DNA of 64,000 nt from a virus (IMGVR_UViG_3300006204_000001); one strand, 5' to 3'; counted from the stretch's first letter, positions 38,205 to 48,840 are shown. The notes: a model not told the origin generated them from the sequence alone. Made by a program: numbers and translations.

Positions 38205-41130
38205 CTAATTCCTCCTTCTCTTCTGGGAATAAAAATTTATTACGTTGAATAATATAAATTAATTTATCTTCTTTTCTAATAGGATCTAATACTTCAAATT
38301 CCCATGGTAATATACTATTAATATCATTTTCAGTAAATCTGTGTTCCTTATCATAAAAGAATTCAATAATAAATATTTCTCCACCATCATCTATATTAGG
38401 CATAACATCTGCAGGTGGAATTCTATTTACCATATCTTCATTAATTATTATATTACCTTCTTTATCAAATGTATATACTCCTCCATGAATTGTAGACTGT
38501 TTTACATTATACTTTAACCAATCAGGTGCTACTATTAACATATTATGATGCTTATCTTTATATCCAGGAATAGTAGATGGATCAAATTCATTAAAATATT
38601 TTCTACTCCATATATAGACAAAATCATTGATAATTAATTTTTGTAAATTAATTTCATGATATTTACCATATTTAAATTTCCATATCTTTATAATATCATT
38701 TACAGAGATATTCGTATTATTAGTAACTATATCAGTATCGGTAATGTCTAATACTTGTTGTATATGTTCTGTTACACTAATATCATCTATTTCTATTACT
38801 AAGAATTTATTATTTCCTGTATATGTAATATTAATCATCTTAGGATTAGGAATTACAGCTGGCATCTTATATGGTGGAATATCATGCACTAATCTAAATG
38901 ATTCTCTTTCTTCCCATCTATTTTTCGGATGGGGATATAAATAATTCCATGCTATAGGATCACGTTCTGGTCCAGTAGTAAATGTAGTATCAGATTTTAA
39001 AAATGTAGCACATGTTCCTGTACATGTTGTCAAACAATAACTATTACAATCAGAAAAACATGTTCGATTACATGAACTATCACACCACCAACTGCACATG
39101 TTACTACAAGATGAACATCCATTTGTACATTTCACACTACAAATTCCGATACATCTGCCTACGCATGAATAACATAAATTACTACAACCAGAACAATTTT
39201 CTTTACATGAATTTATACAATTAAATTTACATGATTGAGTACATTGTTCAGAACATGATACTTCGCAACCTGCACTGCATCCAGCACTACATGAAGCAGT
39301 ACATGCTCCACAATTAAAACCACATGTATTTACGCATGATGTACATCTAAAAGAACATGCATCTGAACACTTTGATGTACATGAAGTAGCGGTACAATTA
39401 ATACGACAATTATTCTCACACGCTCCCTGTTTATCTGTACCACATATATTCCTACAACCTATTCCTATACAATTACCATCACATGAAGATTGACATTGTG
39501 AATAACATCCATTAGCAAATGAACATCCTACACAATTTTTATGTTCTGCTCTATTCTTAGCTCCATTTACACATGTATATTGACAACCTGTACAACCTAA
39601 TTTACATGATAATGCACAACCTGATCCACAATTAGTAGAACAATCATAACTACAATTATCTGAGCATGTAGCCATGCACTCATAATAACATGTATGTACA
39701 CAATATCCTTCACATACACCTGTACATGTTCCAATACAATTCATAGTACAATTTGCTCTACATCCTTGTCCTTTTCCTTTTTTGTAACCATCATTCTCAC
39801 TATATGATTTTTCATTATTAGTACATCCACCATAACAACTTTCTGAACATGCATTTTGACATGATGCAAAACATCTTCCCATGCATCCTGTATCCCAACA
39901 TTCTGTTTTCTTATTAGGATAAAATTGACATGAGTATGAACATCCATCACATGTATGATATGTTGTTTCAACATGATTTAATGCAGGTTCTCCATCTGTA
40001 CCACCTGTAGTAGTAACTTTTACTGTTTTAACTCCTGCTTTTAAACATGAATAACCTTCATTACTTTCACATTTAGTTTTACATGTCTGATAACATTGAG
40101 TACTACATCCAGTACATTGATTTCCGCATGTTGCTGTACATGCATTACCACATCTAGAATGACATGTAGATGAACAAGATTCCGAACACTCATTATCACA
40201 TGTAACGTGACATAACCCTGTACAAAGATTATTACACGCACCTTCCTTTCCACCATATACTGGTCTACTTGGATATGGATCCCCTTCTTGTGGATTACGT
40301 GGATTCTTTCCAAATCTAATAGAATCTAATCCTCCTGGTCTAATTCTTGTGACTTTTGTCTTTCTATCATTATTTTGATCATGCCAATCTCTATTGACTA
40401 ATTCTGATTTAAATCTATTATATGGGTGAAAATTATCATCACCTGGTTTAGCACCATAATCATCATAAAAATTAGCTGGACCTAATCCTGTACCAGTTAT
40501 TTCTTCTCCATCTGATTCACCTGATAACATTACATATTTTCCATTTTCCATAGGATATGTAAATGTTGAATTTTTTACAGGATAATTTTCATTAATTTGA
40601 TCTTTGACTCTACCATTAGGATCTTCTTTAGTAGATAAAATATCTGATTCATGTAATGGAGTATTTAATTCACTATTTTCAGCTGCTTCTAATACATCTA
40701 TTATACCTTGTGGATCTCTAAATGCAGTTAATGGTAATTCATCTCTTCCATAAAATAAATTTATATCTGTTATCTTTGATAATCCTACTAACAAATTTTT
40801 TATTTCATCAACATTAAATTGTGATGCTGATGAATCAGGATCTTTTATTTCTGGTAATGGTCCTGCAGGATTATTTCCTTGAGCAGGATAATGAATATTT
40901 CTTGTAGGTTCTATACTCCCTTCTGATGTATTATTAACAGAATAAGTTTTTTCATCTACAAATACTCTATCTCCTATATTTGGTAATGATAAAGGAGATT
41001 GTTTATCAATTCCTACTGATGGTAATGTCAATGGATCAAACCATTTGTATGTTCCACGACGTTGTATTTCATGATTTAATCTATCTATTACATCAGTAAA
41101 TTCTTTATTTGAATATACTTGCTTATTCAA
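38176..41130 (-). CDS. giant Cys-rich CXXX-repeat protein
   Basis: About 87 Cys by manual count in CxxxC/CxxC register over ~410 aa; TTG start with GGAGGTG RBS. Confidence 0.8.
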   Translation of the reverse strand: MNKQVYSNKEFTDVIDRLNHEIQRRGTYKWFDPLTLPSVGIDKQSPLSLPNIGDRVFVDEKTYSVNNTSEGSIEPTRNIHYPAQGNNPAGPLPEIKDPDSSASQFNVDEIKNLLVGLSKITDINLFYGRDELPLTAFRDPQGIIDVLEAAENSELNTPLHESDILSTKEDPNGRVKDQINENYPVKNSTFTYPMENGKYVMLSGESDGEEITGTGLGPANFYDDYGAKPGDDNFHPYNRFKSELVNRDWHDQNNDRKTKVTRIRPGGLDSIRFGKNPRNPQEGDPYPSRPVYGGKEGACNNLCTGLCHVTCDNECSESCSSTCHSRCGNACTATCGNQCTGCSTQCYQTCKTKCESNEGYSCLKAGVKTVKVTTTGGTDGEPALNHVETTYHTCDGCSYSCQFYPNKKTECWDTGCMGRCFASCQNACSESCYGGCTNNEKSYSENDGYKKGKGQGCRANCTMNCIGTCTGVCEGYCVHTCYYECMATCSDNCSYDCSTNCGSGCALSCKLGCTGCQYTCVNGAKNRAEHKNCVGCSFANGCYSQCQSSCDGNCIGIGCRNICGTDKQGACENNCRINCTATSCTSKCSDACSFRCTSCVNTCGFNCGACTASCSAGCSAGCEVSCSEQCTQSCKFNCINSCKENCSGCSNLCYSCVGRCIGICSVKCTNGCSSCSNMCSWWCDSSCNRTCFSDCNSYCLTTCTGTCATFLKSDTTFTTGPERDPIAWNYLYPHPKNRWEERESFRLVHDIPPYKMPAVIPNPKMINITYTGNNKFLVIEIDDISVTEHIQQVLDITDTDIVTNNTNISVNDIIKIWKFKYGKYHEINLQKLIINDFVYIWSRKYFNEFDPSTIPGYKDKHHNMLIVAPDWLKYNVKQSTIHGGVYTFDKEGNIIINEDMVNRIPPADVMPNIDDGGEIFIIEFFYDKEHRFTENDINSILPWEFEVLDPIRKEDKLIYIIQRNKFLFPEEKEELDGKDKSGIL

Positions 41131-41163
41131 AATACTTTCACCTCCATAAATAATCTAATCTTT

Positions 41164-41175
41164 TAATATCTCGTT
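41164..41175 (-). promoter_or_regulatory. putative late-type promoter AAC-N7-TA
   Basis: AACGAGATATTA upstream of the Cys-rich gene. Confidence 0.4.
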
Positions 41176-41229
41176 GAATAATAGAAGATTTACAATTTAT
41201 TAATCTATAAAAGAAAGGAGAAAAAGAAA

Positions 41230-41520
41230 ATGGGTAACTTTAATGATCTTATTAAAACTGATCCTGAACTTGCAGCTGGGGTTTTAAAGGATTCATTTCT
41301 TCATATTGTTAATAATTATATTCCTAATATTTGTTTAACAAAAGAAGAATTTGATATCTGTGTAGATTTAATCTTAGCTGGTAAAGCAAAGGATCCAAGT
41401 AAGGATGCTCCTACAGCAAATCCTCCCGAAGAAGGATCTGGAGATGGAAATAAAGATCCTGAAGGTGATAATACTGATACTCCAGGTGGAGGAGATACAG
41501 AAGGTTCTGGTACAGAATAG
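41230..41520 (+). CDS. hypothetical protein with acidic Gly/Pro-rich tail
   Basis: AAGGAG RBS; low-complexity C-terminus. Confidence 0.7.
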   Translation: MGNFNDLIKTDPELAAGVLKDSFLHIVNNYIPNICLTKEEFDICVDLILAGKAKDPSKDAPTANPPEEGSGDGNKDPEGDNTDTPGGGDTEGSGTE

Positions 41521-41542
41521 ATTATATTAGACTTAAAAAGAT

Positions 41543-41580
41543 AAATAATAGGGATGGATAATTCCATCCCTATTATTTTT
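41543..41580. terminator. bidirectional terminator
   Basis: AATAATAGGGATGGA-loop-TCCATCCCTATTATT. Confidence 0.85.
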
Positions 41581-41590
41581 ATTTATGTTT

Positions 41591-41881
41591 TTAGGTTCTA
41601 GCTGTCAATATTCCACTATCCATAGTAATATCTGGATTAGATAGTGAATCTTTTAAAATACCTAATGTATTCATATCTGTTTCTATTTTAACACTCAATG
41701 ATGATGTATCAGATGAATTATTATCAATCATTTTTACATCATTAATTGAAGATGATTGAGTTTTACATATATCATATATTTTATTAAATGAATCAAATTT
41801 ATTAATCATAAAATCATTCATTTTTGATGAATTGTCAGCTGGAATAATTTTACCTAAAAATCCAGGTTTATATTGTTCCAT
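41591..41881 (-). CDS. hypothetical protein
   Basis: 96-aa ORF with AAGGAG RBS. Confidence 0.65.
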   Translation of the reverse strand: MEQYKPGFLGKIIPADNSSKMNDFMINKFDSFNKIYDICKTQSSSINDVKMIDNNSSDTSSLSVKIETDMNTLGILKDSLSNPDITMDSGILTART

Positions 41882-41910
41882 ATATTTTTATTTCTCCTTT
41901 CCTAGATTTC

Positions 41911-42123
41911 TTAATCATCCCCTGATAATAATGGCGGAGCTTCTTGTTGTTTTTGTTTTCTGTTTCTCCGTCTTTCGACAATTCCTAAAAAATATGATTT
42001 TGGGAGCTCTTTAATTATAAAATCAAAAGTTGGATCGTTTTTAAATAATACGCCCAGCTCCTCTAAGAAGTCTATAGTTTCGTTAATGTCACGTCTACGC
42101 TCTCCATAGACTGGGCTACAATA
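41911..42123 (-). CDS. putative -1 frameshift extension (70 aa) of the upstream gene
   Basis: Start-less open frame YCSPVYGERRRDINETIDFLEELGVLF...ELPKSYFLGIVERRRNR...DD* overlapping the end of 42072..43901. Confidence 0.55.
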   Translation of the reverse strand, partial: YCSPVYGERRRDINETIDFLEELGVLFKNDPTFDFIIKELPKSYFLGIVERRRNRKQKQQEAPPLLSGDD

Positions 42124-43901
42124 AAAATCAATCTCTGAAGATCAGCTATTGGCATAGATGATCTATTATGGCATGCAGGGCATATAATATCTCTGATAGA
42201 AAATCTGAATTGATACGGGAAAATAACAATCTCTATCATTTTAGCTATTGTAGCATAATCAGCTGTAGATAATGAATCCAGAACTTTAACAATTCCATCT
42301 ACATCATCTACTATTCCATCTTCACCAAAATCAAAGTATTTAATAGATGTAAGAAGGAGATTGTTATTATTTCTGCTACTTCTAGTAGGATCATTCTCAT
42401 TAGCTGCTTTTAATGCTTCAATTTCTGCATATATAGAATCAAGATAATCAAATGCAGATGCATGGCCAAATACAAGTATAATACCAGAATCATGAAGTTC
42501 AATAGCACTTGATCCATTTACAAGTGAAGTTTCATAATTTTCCATAATAGCTTTAGTACCAGCTGCATTTCTTGTCTTATCCATATCATCTAATACACCA
42601 GGATTAATTTCATCAATGATTAACATGTCATTTGGATCATATAACCATTCATGACTTTTACCACATTCTTTATTATCACTTGTATATGCATGACACGTAA
42701 GTGATAATATTTCTCTACCTGCAGATGTAGCGCAAATAATTTTCCAAAGAATAAACTGAATATCAAACATTGATGTTTTCATCAAGAAATCTTGAAATTT
42801 AGTTACTATATGAATATCTTCAGTATTAATATTTAATGGGTCAGGATCAGTAATATTTAATTCAACTTTTTCATTTGTATTAGGATCAATATACCACTTA
42901 TATTCTCTCCATTCACCTATAGATGGATTCTTAATATGTTCAAAAGCCAATGACCACTTTTTCATTTCAGCATCAATACCTGATATAGAAATACTATTTT
43001 GTAAATCAAGAGTTTCTGTATAAGATAATCCAGTAAATGTAGCAACATATTTTGATGCTGGTAATGGTGCCGTAATAGATCCAACTTTCCTATGATACTT
43101 CATTAATACTGAATCAACTGCGTTACCTCTAATATGTTTTACATTATGATAGTTAAGATCTCTTTTCTCGACAATGTTCAATTCAATTGTTTTAGATTTC
43201 TTAATCTTTTCTAATTCTTCAGGTTTCCATGCAATTTTAGAAACATCATTTTGATCAACCGTAACTTTGATTTCATCTAAATTACTTTCCACAACTGGTT
43301 TTTCTTCAGATGGGGTATATCCACCTCCATTAGGATCAATTTTTCCATTCTCTACTGTTTTTGTACCATCAATATTATCACCATACCCAGGTAACCACTC
43401 AAGAATAAAAAACGGAAAATTTTTAATATAATCTTGTAAAATTTCATCAAGATTCTTTTGTGCACGTTTGAAATTCGTATCACCTGCAGCCGCATAAAGT
43501 TTAACCTGATACGGTCCTTCAGGTACTTTTAATTTAGCAATACCATTTCGTTTCTTTGCTTCTTCAATATTAGCTAATTTACGACCCATCTCATCCATAG
43601 ATTCAATAGCATCTTTCTTAGCATCTTCATCTAGCATATTTTTTAGTTCATGTGTTTCTTCAAGTTGTACTTCAGCTGCATCATATACAACTCCTGCATC
43701 AGAACTTAATTCATCCATTCCTTCTGTTAAAGAAGAATCTGGAACCCACATTGTAGATGGTGTACTTTCTACTGGTTTACTTATTTCTTCTTTTTTTACA
43801 GATTCATTCTTATGTTGAAATAAATCTGTTACTGTAGAATTTGTATTAGATGCATATTCATTTGCTAAATCTAACACGCTAAATCCTGAATTATCACTCA
43901 T
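42072..43901 (-). CDS. probable baseplate hub/tail assembly chaperone (T4 gp26-like)
   Basis: C-terminal half has DIQFILWKIICAT, two Cys pairs (TC..ECG; CPAC) and an LDSLSTADY helix; acidic N-terminus. Confidence 0.55.
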   Translation of the reverse strand: MSDNSGFSVLDLANEYASNTNSTVTDLFQHKNESVKKEEISKPVESTPSTMWVPDSSLTEGMDELSSDAGVVYDAAEVQLEETHELKNMLDEDAKKDAIESMDEMGRKLANIEEAKKRNGIAKLKVPEGPYQVKLYAAAGDTNFKRAQKNLDEILQDYIKNFPFFILEWLPGYGDNIDGTKTVENGKIDPNGGGYTPSEEKPVVESNLDEIKVTVDQNDVSKIAWKPEELEKIKKSKTIELNIVEKRDLNYHNVKHIRGNAVDSVLMKYHRKVGSITAPLPASKYVATFTGLSYTETLDLQNSISISGIDAEMKKWSLAFEHIKNPSIGEWREYKWYIDPNTNEKVELNITDPDPLNINTEDIHIVTKFQDFLMKTSMFDIQFILWKIICATSAGREILSLTCHAYTSDNKECGKSHEWLYDPNDMLIIDEINPGVLDDMDKTRNAAGTKAIMENYETSLVNGSSAIELHDSGIILVFGHASAFDYLDSIYAEIEALKAANENDPTRSSRNNNNLLLTSIKYFDFGEDGIVDDVDGIVKVLDSLSTADYATIAKMIEIVIFPYQFRFSIRDIICPACHNRSSMPIADLQRLIFIVAQSMESVDVTLTKL

Positions 43902-43953
43902 TATTTTCTCTCCTTTTCTGCCAAATAAATAAAAATTTTAGTTTAATTTATTA

Positions 43954-44145
43954 TCACTTCTTATAGTCTACTTGTACATACTCTTTGTTAATATGTCCCG
44001 TTGGCGGATAATCTTTATCCATATAATTAATAATTTTTTCTTCAATTATTTTCTCTGCTTCCTCATACGTATCATATGTTTCAGAAAATAACACTTCACC
44101 ACTAGACTTCCTATAAATTGTTGCATCAAATTTCCATTTAAACAT
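43954..44145 (-). CDS. small hypothetical protein
   Basis: 63-aa ORF with AAGGAG RBS. Confidence 0.65.
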   Translation of the reverse strand: MFKWKFDATIYRKSSGEVLFSETYDTYEEAEKIIEEKIINYMDKDYPPTGHINKEYVQVDYKK

Positions 44146-44203
44146 TATTATATCTCCTTTTCATTTAATAAGTATTTTTAACTATAAAAGTTTAAATCCA
44201 TAA

Positions 44204-45535
44204 TTAATTATAATACTGAATCATGAATACTATGTATTCAAAAAATGATTTAGTATAATTAATAATAGTAGTTGGTGATGAATATGATTTATTGATTTCA
44301 CATATATCATATACCCAGAATTGTAATATATTTTTAATTTCAACCAAAATAGGATTATTAGATGTTCCTATAGATTTATATAACCCTAAACCAAAATTAG
44401 TAAACTCTAATGATCCTACAGATGTATTTGTAGGTTGTTTATTAAAATATGCAGTAATAATATCCTCAACTAATTTATTTACATTATTACCTTTATAATT
44501 CATTATTTGATTAATATAATTAACAAAATTATTTTTATCCAATTTATTTCTTTCTGATACTACTCTAGCTAATGCATTATTAGTAGTACCAGTAATAAAT
44601 TTATTAATTGTATTATCTATAGCTTGAGTCATTTCAGATGTATGACCTTCCTGATCAGCTAATGAACCATCCTCAAATTCTGATGTATTTGTATGTTGTG
44701 TAAGATTCTTATCCTTATTATCATAATATGCCCTAGATATATTCTTTAACTTATTATTTATCTGATTTCTAATACGTTGCATAAAATCAGCATAAATATT
44801 ATCAGTTCCTATTGTTAATCTTTCTTTCATATTAATTACACATACATGAGCATCATAATGTAATAACTCTTGTAAATCTTTCATATTACGTACTTTAAAT
44901 TTATTTGATAGATGTTCTATTGTATATATCATACATTCTGCATCTACACCAGTTGACCAATATTCTCTATACAATATAGGATATTCTATATATGCAAACA
45001 TATTCTCTGCACATTCTAACATATCATCATATCCTTTTTGTAAACTTTCTATCATCATAGCAATTAATAATATTTTATATGGTGCATGCTGTACCCATCC
45101 TTTGAAAAATTTACTAATATTTCCACCTTCATATGTAGCTAATACCATATCGTCAAACATTTTAATTTGTAATTCATTTGATATTGGAGTTAAAGAAGGA
45201 GGAATATTATCATTTATTAATTGATAAATTTTATTTATTTCATTATTACCAAATGTAAATGTATATATAGGACCTTGAGCACCCAATTGTTGGTGATGAG
45301 TATCCATGAATTCTGCTACAACATCAATAATTCCTTCTCTTACATTATCTTTAGCTAATGTAGGAGTAATATATTTATTTTTAAAATTATCTCTGAGATA
45401 ATAATTATCTTTATAGACACCTTCTTTAGCTTCCATTAATGCTATTTTTTCTGCTTGATTCATTTCATTTTCATAATAATTGTACATTTCATCATATGCT
45501 TCATTTATGTATTCTTCCATAAATAAATCATTCAT
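44204..45535 (-). CDS. conserved-looking helical phage protein, probably virion-associated
   Basis: 443 aa; Glu-rich N-terminus with hydrophobic-x-E sites (FMEE, INEA, LMEA). Confidence 0.55.
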   Translation of the reverse strand: MNDLFMEEYINEAYDEMYNYYENEMNQAEKIALMEAKEGVYKDNYYLRDNFKNKYITPTLAKDNVREGIIDVVAEFMDTHHQQLGAQGPIYTFTFGNNEINKIYQLINDNIPPSLTPISNELQIKMFDDMVLATYEGGNISKFFKGWVQHAPYKILLIAMMIESLQKGYDDMLECAENMFAYIEYPILYREYWSTGVDAECMIYTIEHLSNKFKVRNMKDLQELLHYDAHVCVINMKERLTIGTDNIYADFMQRIRNQINNKLKNISRAYYDNKDKNLTQHTNTSEFEDGSLADQEGHTSEMTQAIDNTINKFITGTTNNALARVVSERNKLDKNNFVNYINQIMNYKGNNVNKLVEDIITAYFNKQPTNTSVGSLEFTNFGLGLYKSIGTSNNPILVEIKNILQFWVYDICEINKSYSSPTTIINYTKSFFEYIVFMIQYYN

Positions 45536-45587
45536 TATTTATACCTCCATTTTTCTAGTTTTTATCGTTATAATAATGAACAATAAA

Positions 45588-45600
45588 AATGATATATTAT
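45588..45600 (+). promoter_or_regulatory. putative early-type promoter motif
   Basis: AATGATATATTAT upstream of the SbcC-like gene. Confidence 0.45.
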
Positions 45601-45628
45601 CTATATAGAATAAGAAAGGAGTATTGAT

Positions 45629-48220
45629 ATGAGAATTACATATATCAAATTAAAAAATGTTGCTGGATTATTAGTAGGATCAAATAAGAATGAATTAGAA
45701 ATAAATTTTAGTAATTCAAAGAATAATATTATTAGTATATTAGGAGAAAATGGTGTTGGTAAATCAACATTATTAGCATCATTAAATCCTTTTCCGAGTA
45801 TACCATCTATAGATGAAAGATCATCTATTTCATTTTTTGTTAAGGGAAAAGAGGGTTATAAAGAAATACATTATCTTCATGATGATAATAAATATATAGT
45901 AAAAATATATGCTAAACCTAATAAAGATAGTCATACATTAAAATGTTATATTTCCGTTAATGATGAAGAATTAAATAAAAATGGTAATGTAAGATCGTTC
46001 TATACATTAGTTGAAACTTATTTAGGTTTAACGGAGGAAATGTTAAGATTAATAATGTTAGGTAGTAATCTTAGTTCTATTATATCTTTGACTCCAGCTA
46101 AAAGAAAAGAGTATATAGGAAAGTTGATAGAAGAAATTGATGCATATCTAATTATATATAAAAATATTAATGATGATATTAGATTGTGTAAACAAATGAT
46201 GAATGTTAACTCTTCTAATCTTTATAAATATCATATACAAGATCTTACAGTAGAAGAAGAAAAACTTAATAAATTATTGAAAGATATAAGAAGTTACGAG
46301 AAAGATAGAGATAAATTAATTGGAAAAATTAGCAAAATTAATGCATTAATGAAAGATAATGATATACATGATCTTAGAAGAAAGAAACAAGAAGCAGAAT
46401 CATCTATAGCTGATTTTAATAAAATAAAAAATGATATAGATAAACAATCATTATCATCAGTAACATTAGATCAGTTAATGAAAAAAAGATCCGATTTATC
46501 GGAAGAAAAATTAAATATACAATCTAAAATTAATTCATATAGAATTAGTATAGATAGTTCGTTGAAAAATATTGAAAGTTTAGAAGTAAGTATTAAGAGA
46601 ATTACTTCTGATAATAATATTCAGTCCTTAACTGATATAATTGTATCTTTAAAAGAAAAAATTAATGTTAGTAGCCAATTAATAAAAGGATTTAATCCAA
46701 CCGGTATAGTATCAGAAGATTTACAATCTTTAATTAGTTCTCTTATATCATTCAATCAGATCAGTAAAACAATTTATAGTTTCGGACATAAACCAATAGA
46801 AATATATCTTAATGTATTAACAAGAAAAGACACTTCTATTGATAGATTTTTAAAAGATCAAGCTAAAAAATCTTTAAATAGAATTGATGAGAATAATTTA
46901 AAATTATTATTCGATAAAGTATTTGAAGGTAATGATATTATTACACCAAATTGTGATGATGAATATAAACATTGTCCATATTATAGATTATCAGAAATAA
47001 TGTTTGATGTTAAAGAAAAATTAGAAGAAGAAAGTTATGATGATGAAACTTTAAGATACATCCAGATTATATCAAATAATATTGATATGATATTTAATAA
47101 TCTGGATAAATTAAGATTATTGAAATTACCTGATACACTATTATCTTTACTAACAGAAAAATCTGTATTAGATAGGATGAAATCATATATCCCATTTTTT
47201 GATTTATCTTCTTTTTATGAATACTTAGCTATATTAAAAGAATATGAAATTTATGTATCTAATATAACCAGATTAAAAGAATATGAACATCAATTATCAG
47301 TATATAAAAAATCTGGTATTGATAATCATATTAAGGAAATAGAAGAGTTAAATAAAAATATTGCTTTCTATAAAAATAATATTGAAGTATTGAATAAAGA
47401 TATAATAAGTATTAATAATAAATTATCTGTAACAGACGATGAAATATCATTAGTTACAAGATACCATAATGGGAAGAAATATATAAAATTAATGGAATCT
47501 ACTTTATCAAGTACAGAAAAATTATTAATACCATTAGAGAATGCATCTAATGAAAAAATGGAATTAGAATTTTCTTTAAGAGAAATAACAAATGTAATTG
47601 ACAGTTTAAGGTTACAACATAAAGAATTGGAATCAAAGATAAATGAATATAAAAAATTAGTAGAGGAGGGAGAAAAATTATCAATAAAATTTAAACATTT
47701 ATCTATGATTGCTAAATCAACATCAACAAAGGAGGGAATGCCAGTTAAACACATTAAGAAGTATTTAGGTAAAATAAGAAATTTAGCTAATACATTATTG
47801 AATATTATTTATGATGGAGAATTCCAATTAGGTAAATTTCATATAGATCAAGATACATTTGAAATACCATATGTAAAAAATGGTAAAACTATTTCAGATA
47901 TTAAATATGCTAGTAAATCAGAATTATCATTATCTACTATGGCATTATCATTTGCTTTAGCCAATGAAGCATCTCAGATGTATAATATTTTATATTTGGA
48001 TGAAATTGATTCTGGGTTAGATGAAAATAATAGAACCAAATTTTTGAAAATGTTATATACACAAATCAAAGCTCTTCATGCGGATCAAGTATTTATCATA
48101 TCTCATAATATGAGCCAGATGATAAACATTCCTATGGATTGTATTATACTATCTGAAAACATTAAACCAAGAAAGTTCCAAAATGTAATATATGATATAA
48201 ACAATAAGGAGGAAGATTGA
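45629..48220 (+). CDS. sbcC: SbcC/Rad50-like ATPase (recombination nuclease subunit)
   Basis: Walker A GENGVGKS, long coiled coils with central Cys pair, ASKSE signature, ILYLDEID Walker B, IISH. Confidence 0.88.
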   Translation: MRITYIKLKNVAGLLVGSNKNELEINFSNSKNNIISILGENGVGKSTLLASLNPFPSIPSIDERSSISFFVKGKEGYKEIHYLHDDNKYIVKIYAKPNKDSHTLKCYISVNDEELNKNGNVRSFYTLVETYLGLTEEMLRLIMLGSNLSSIISLTPAKRKEYIGKLIEEIDAYLIIYKNINDDIRLCKQMMNVNSSNLYKYHIQDLTVEEEKLNKLLKDIRSYEKDRDKLIGKISKINALMKDNDIHDLRRKKQEAESSIADFNKIKNDIDKQSLSSVTLDQLMKKRSDLSEEKLNIQSKINSYRISIDSSLKNIESLEVSIKRITSDNNIQSLTDIIVSLKEKINVSSQLIKGFNPTGIVSEDLQSLISSLISFNQISKTIYSFGHKPIEIYLNVLTRKDTSIDRFLKDQAKKSLNRIDENNLKLLFDKVFEGNDIITPNCDDEYKHCPYYRLSEIMFDVKEKLEEESYDDETLRYIQIISNNIDMIFNNLDKLRLLKLPDTLLSLLTEKSVLDRMKSYIPFFDLSSFYEYLAILKEYEIYVSNITRLKEYEHQLSVYKKSGIDNHIKEIEELNKNIAFYKNNIEVLNKDIISINNKLSVTDDEISLVTRYHNGKKYIKLMESTLSSTEKLLIPLENASNEKMELEFSLREITNVIDSLRLQHKELESKINEYKKLVEEGEKLSIKFKHLSMIAKSTSTKEGMPVKHIKKYLGKIRNLANTLLNIIYDGEFQLGKFHIDQDTFEIPYVKNGKTISDIKYASKSELSLSTMALSFALANEASQMYNILYLDEIDSGLDENNRTKFLKMLYTQIKALHADQVFIISHNMSQMINIPMDCIILSENIKPRKFQNVIYDINNKEED

Positions 48221-48221
48221 T

Positions 48222-48692
48222 ATGAATAATAAACTTAGTAAAAAATGGTGGAGTTATTTTTGTTTTATGGTAGCTGGAATATGGTTTATACTCTGGCTAA
48301 TAAAAGTATTTATTGAATCATCATTTGCAAATAATGGATTCTTTGCACAACATTGTGATGATATAATAAAATATTCAGGTTATATTTCATTCTTCTTTAT
48401 GCTATTTTCTGGATTAGCTTTCAGATTATCTTACAAGATAGATGAAATACGAAAAGAAAAACATGGAAAAATTGATATATATGAAAATGATTATGATATT
48501 TCATATGTAAGTATGGAAGAATTTAATAAATTGAAAAAACAGGTAGATGATTTATTAGGAGGTAAATATGAAATTATGGTCGAAAAAGATACGGGTAAAG
48601 TCACAATACAGGATAATATTCACAGGACGAAAATACAAGAAACAAAAACAACAAAATCCAAGGTTACCGAAAGAAATATTCATAGATGTTAA
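48222..48692 (+). CDS. membrane protein (two TM helices)
   Basis: Two hydrophobic segments at the N-terminus. Confidence 0.65.
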   Translation: MNNKLSKKWWSYFCFMVAGIWFILWLIKVFIESSFANNGFFAQHCDDIIKYSGYISFFFMLFSGLAFRLSYKIDEIRKEKHGKIDIYENDYDISYVSMEEFNKLKKQVDDLLGGKYEIMVEKDTGKVTIQDNIHRTKIQETKTTKSKVTERNIHRC

Positions 48693-48840
48693 TAATAGTA
48701 AAGAAGTTGCATATATGTTTCATAATTATATTACAGATAAAGGAGTAAAGATATATCTAGTATATTCAGATGGATACCAAAGAAGAATTAAATCACATTT
48801 TACATTTCTTCATTATGAAGATGATGGTTACGGATTATAA
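48568..48840 (+). CDS. small basic hypothetical protein
   Basis: Strong AGGAGGT RBS; overlaps the previous ORF by 125 nt. Confidence 0.55.
   Translation: MKLWSKKIRVKSQYRIIFTGRKYKKQKQQNPRLPKEIFIDVNNSKEVAYMFHNYITDKGVKIYLVYSDGYQRRIKSHFTFLHYEDDGYGL

Noticed and set aside
39000-40240. Cys-rich region as a DNA tandem repeat or as eukaryotic contamination
   Set aside because: The periodicity is at protein level with diverged codons, and the gene has a bacterial RBS in a phage context
41832-42014. 60-aa plus-strand ORF
   Set aside because: No RBS; antisense to 41591..41881 and to the more plausible -1 frameshift extension
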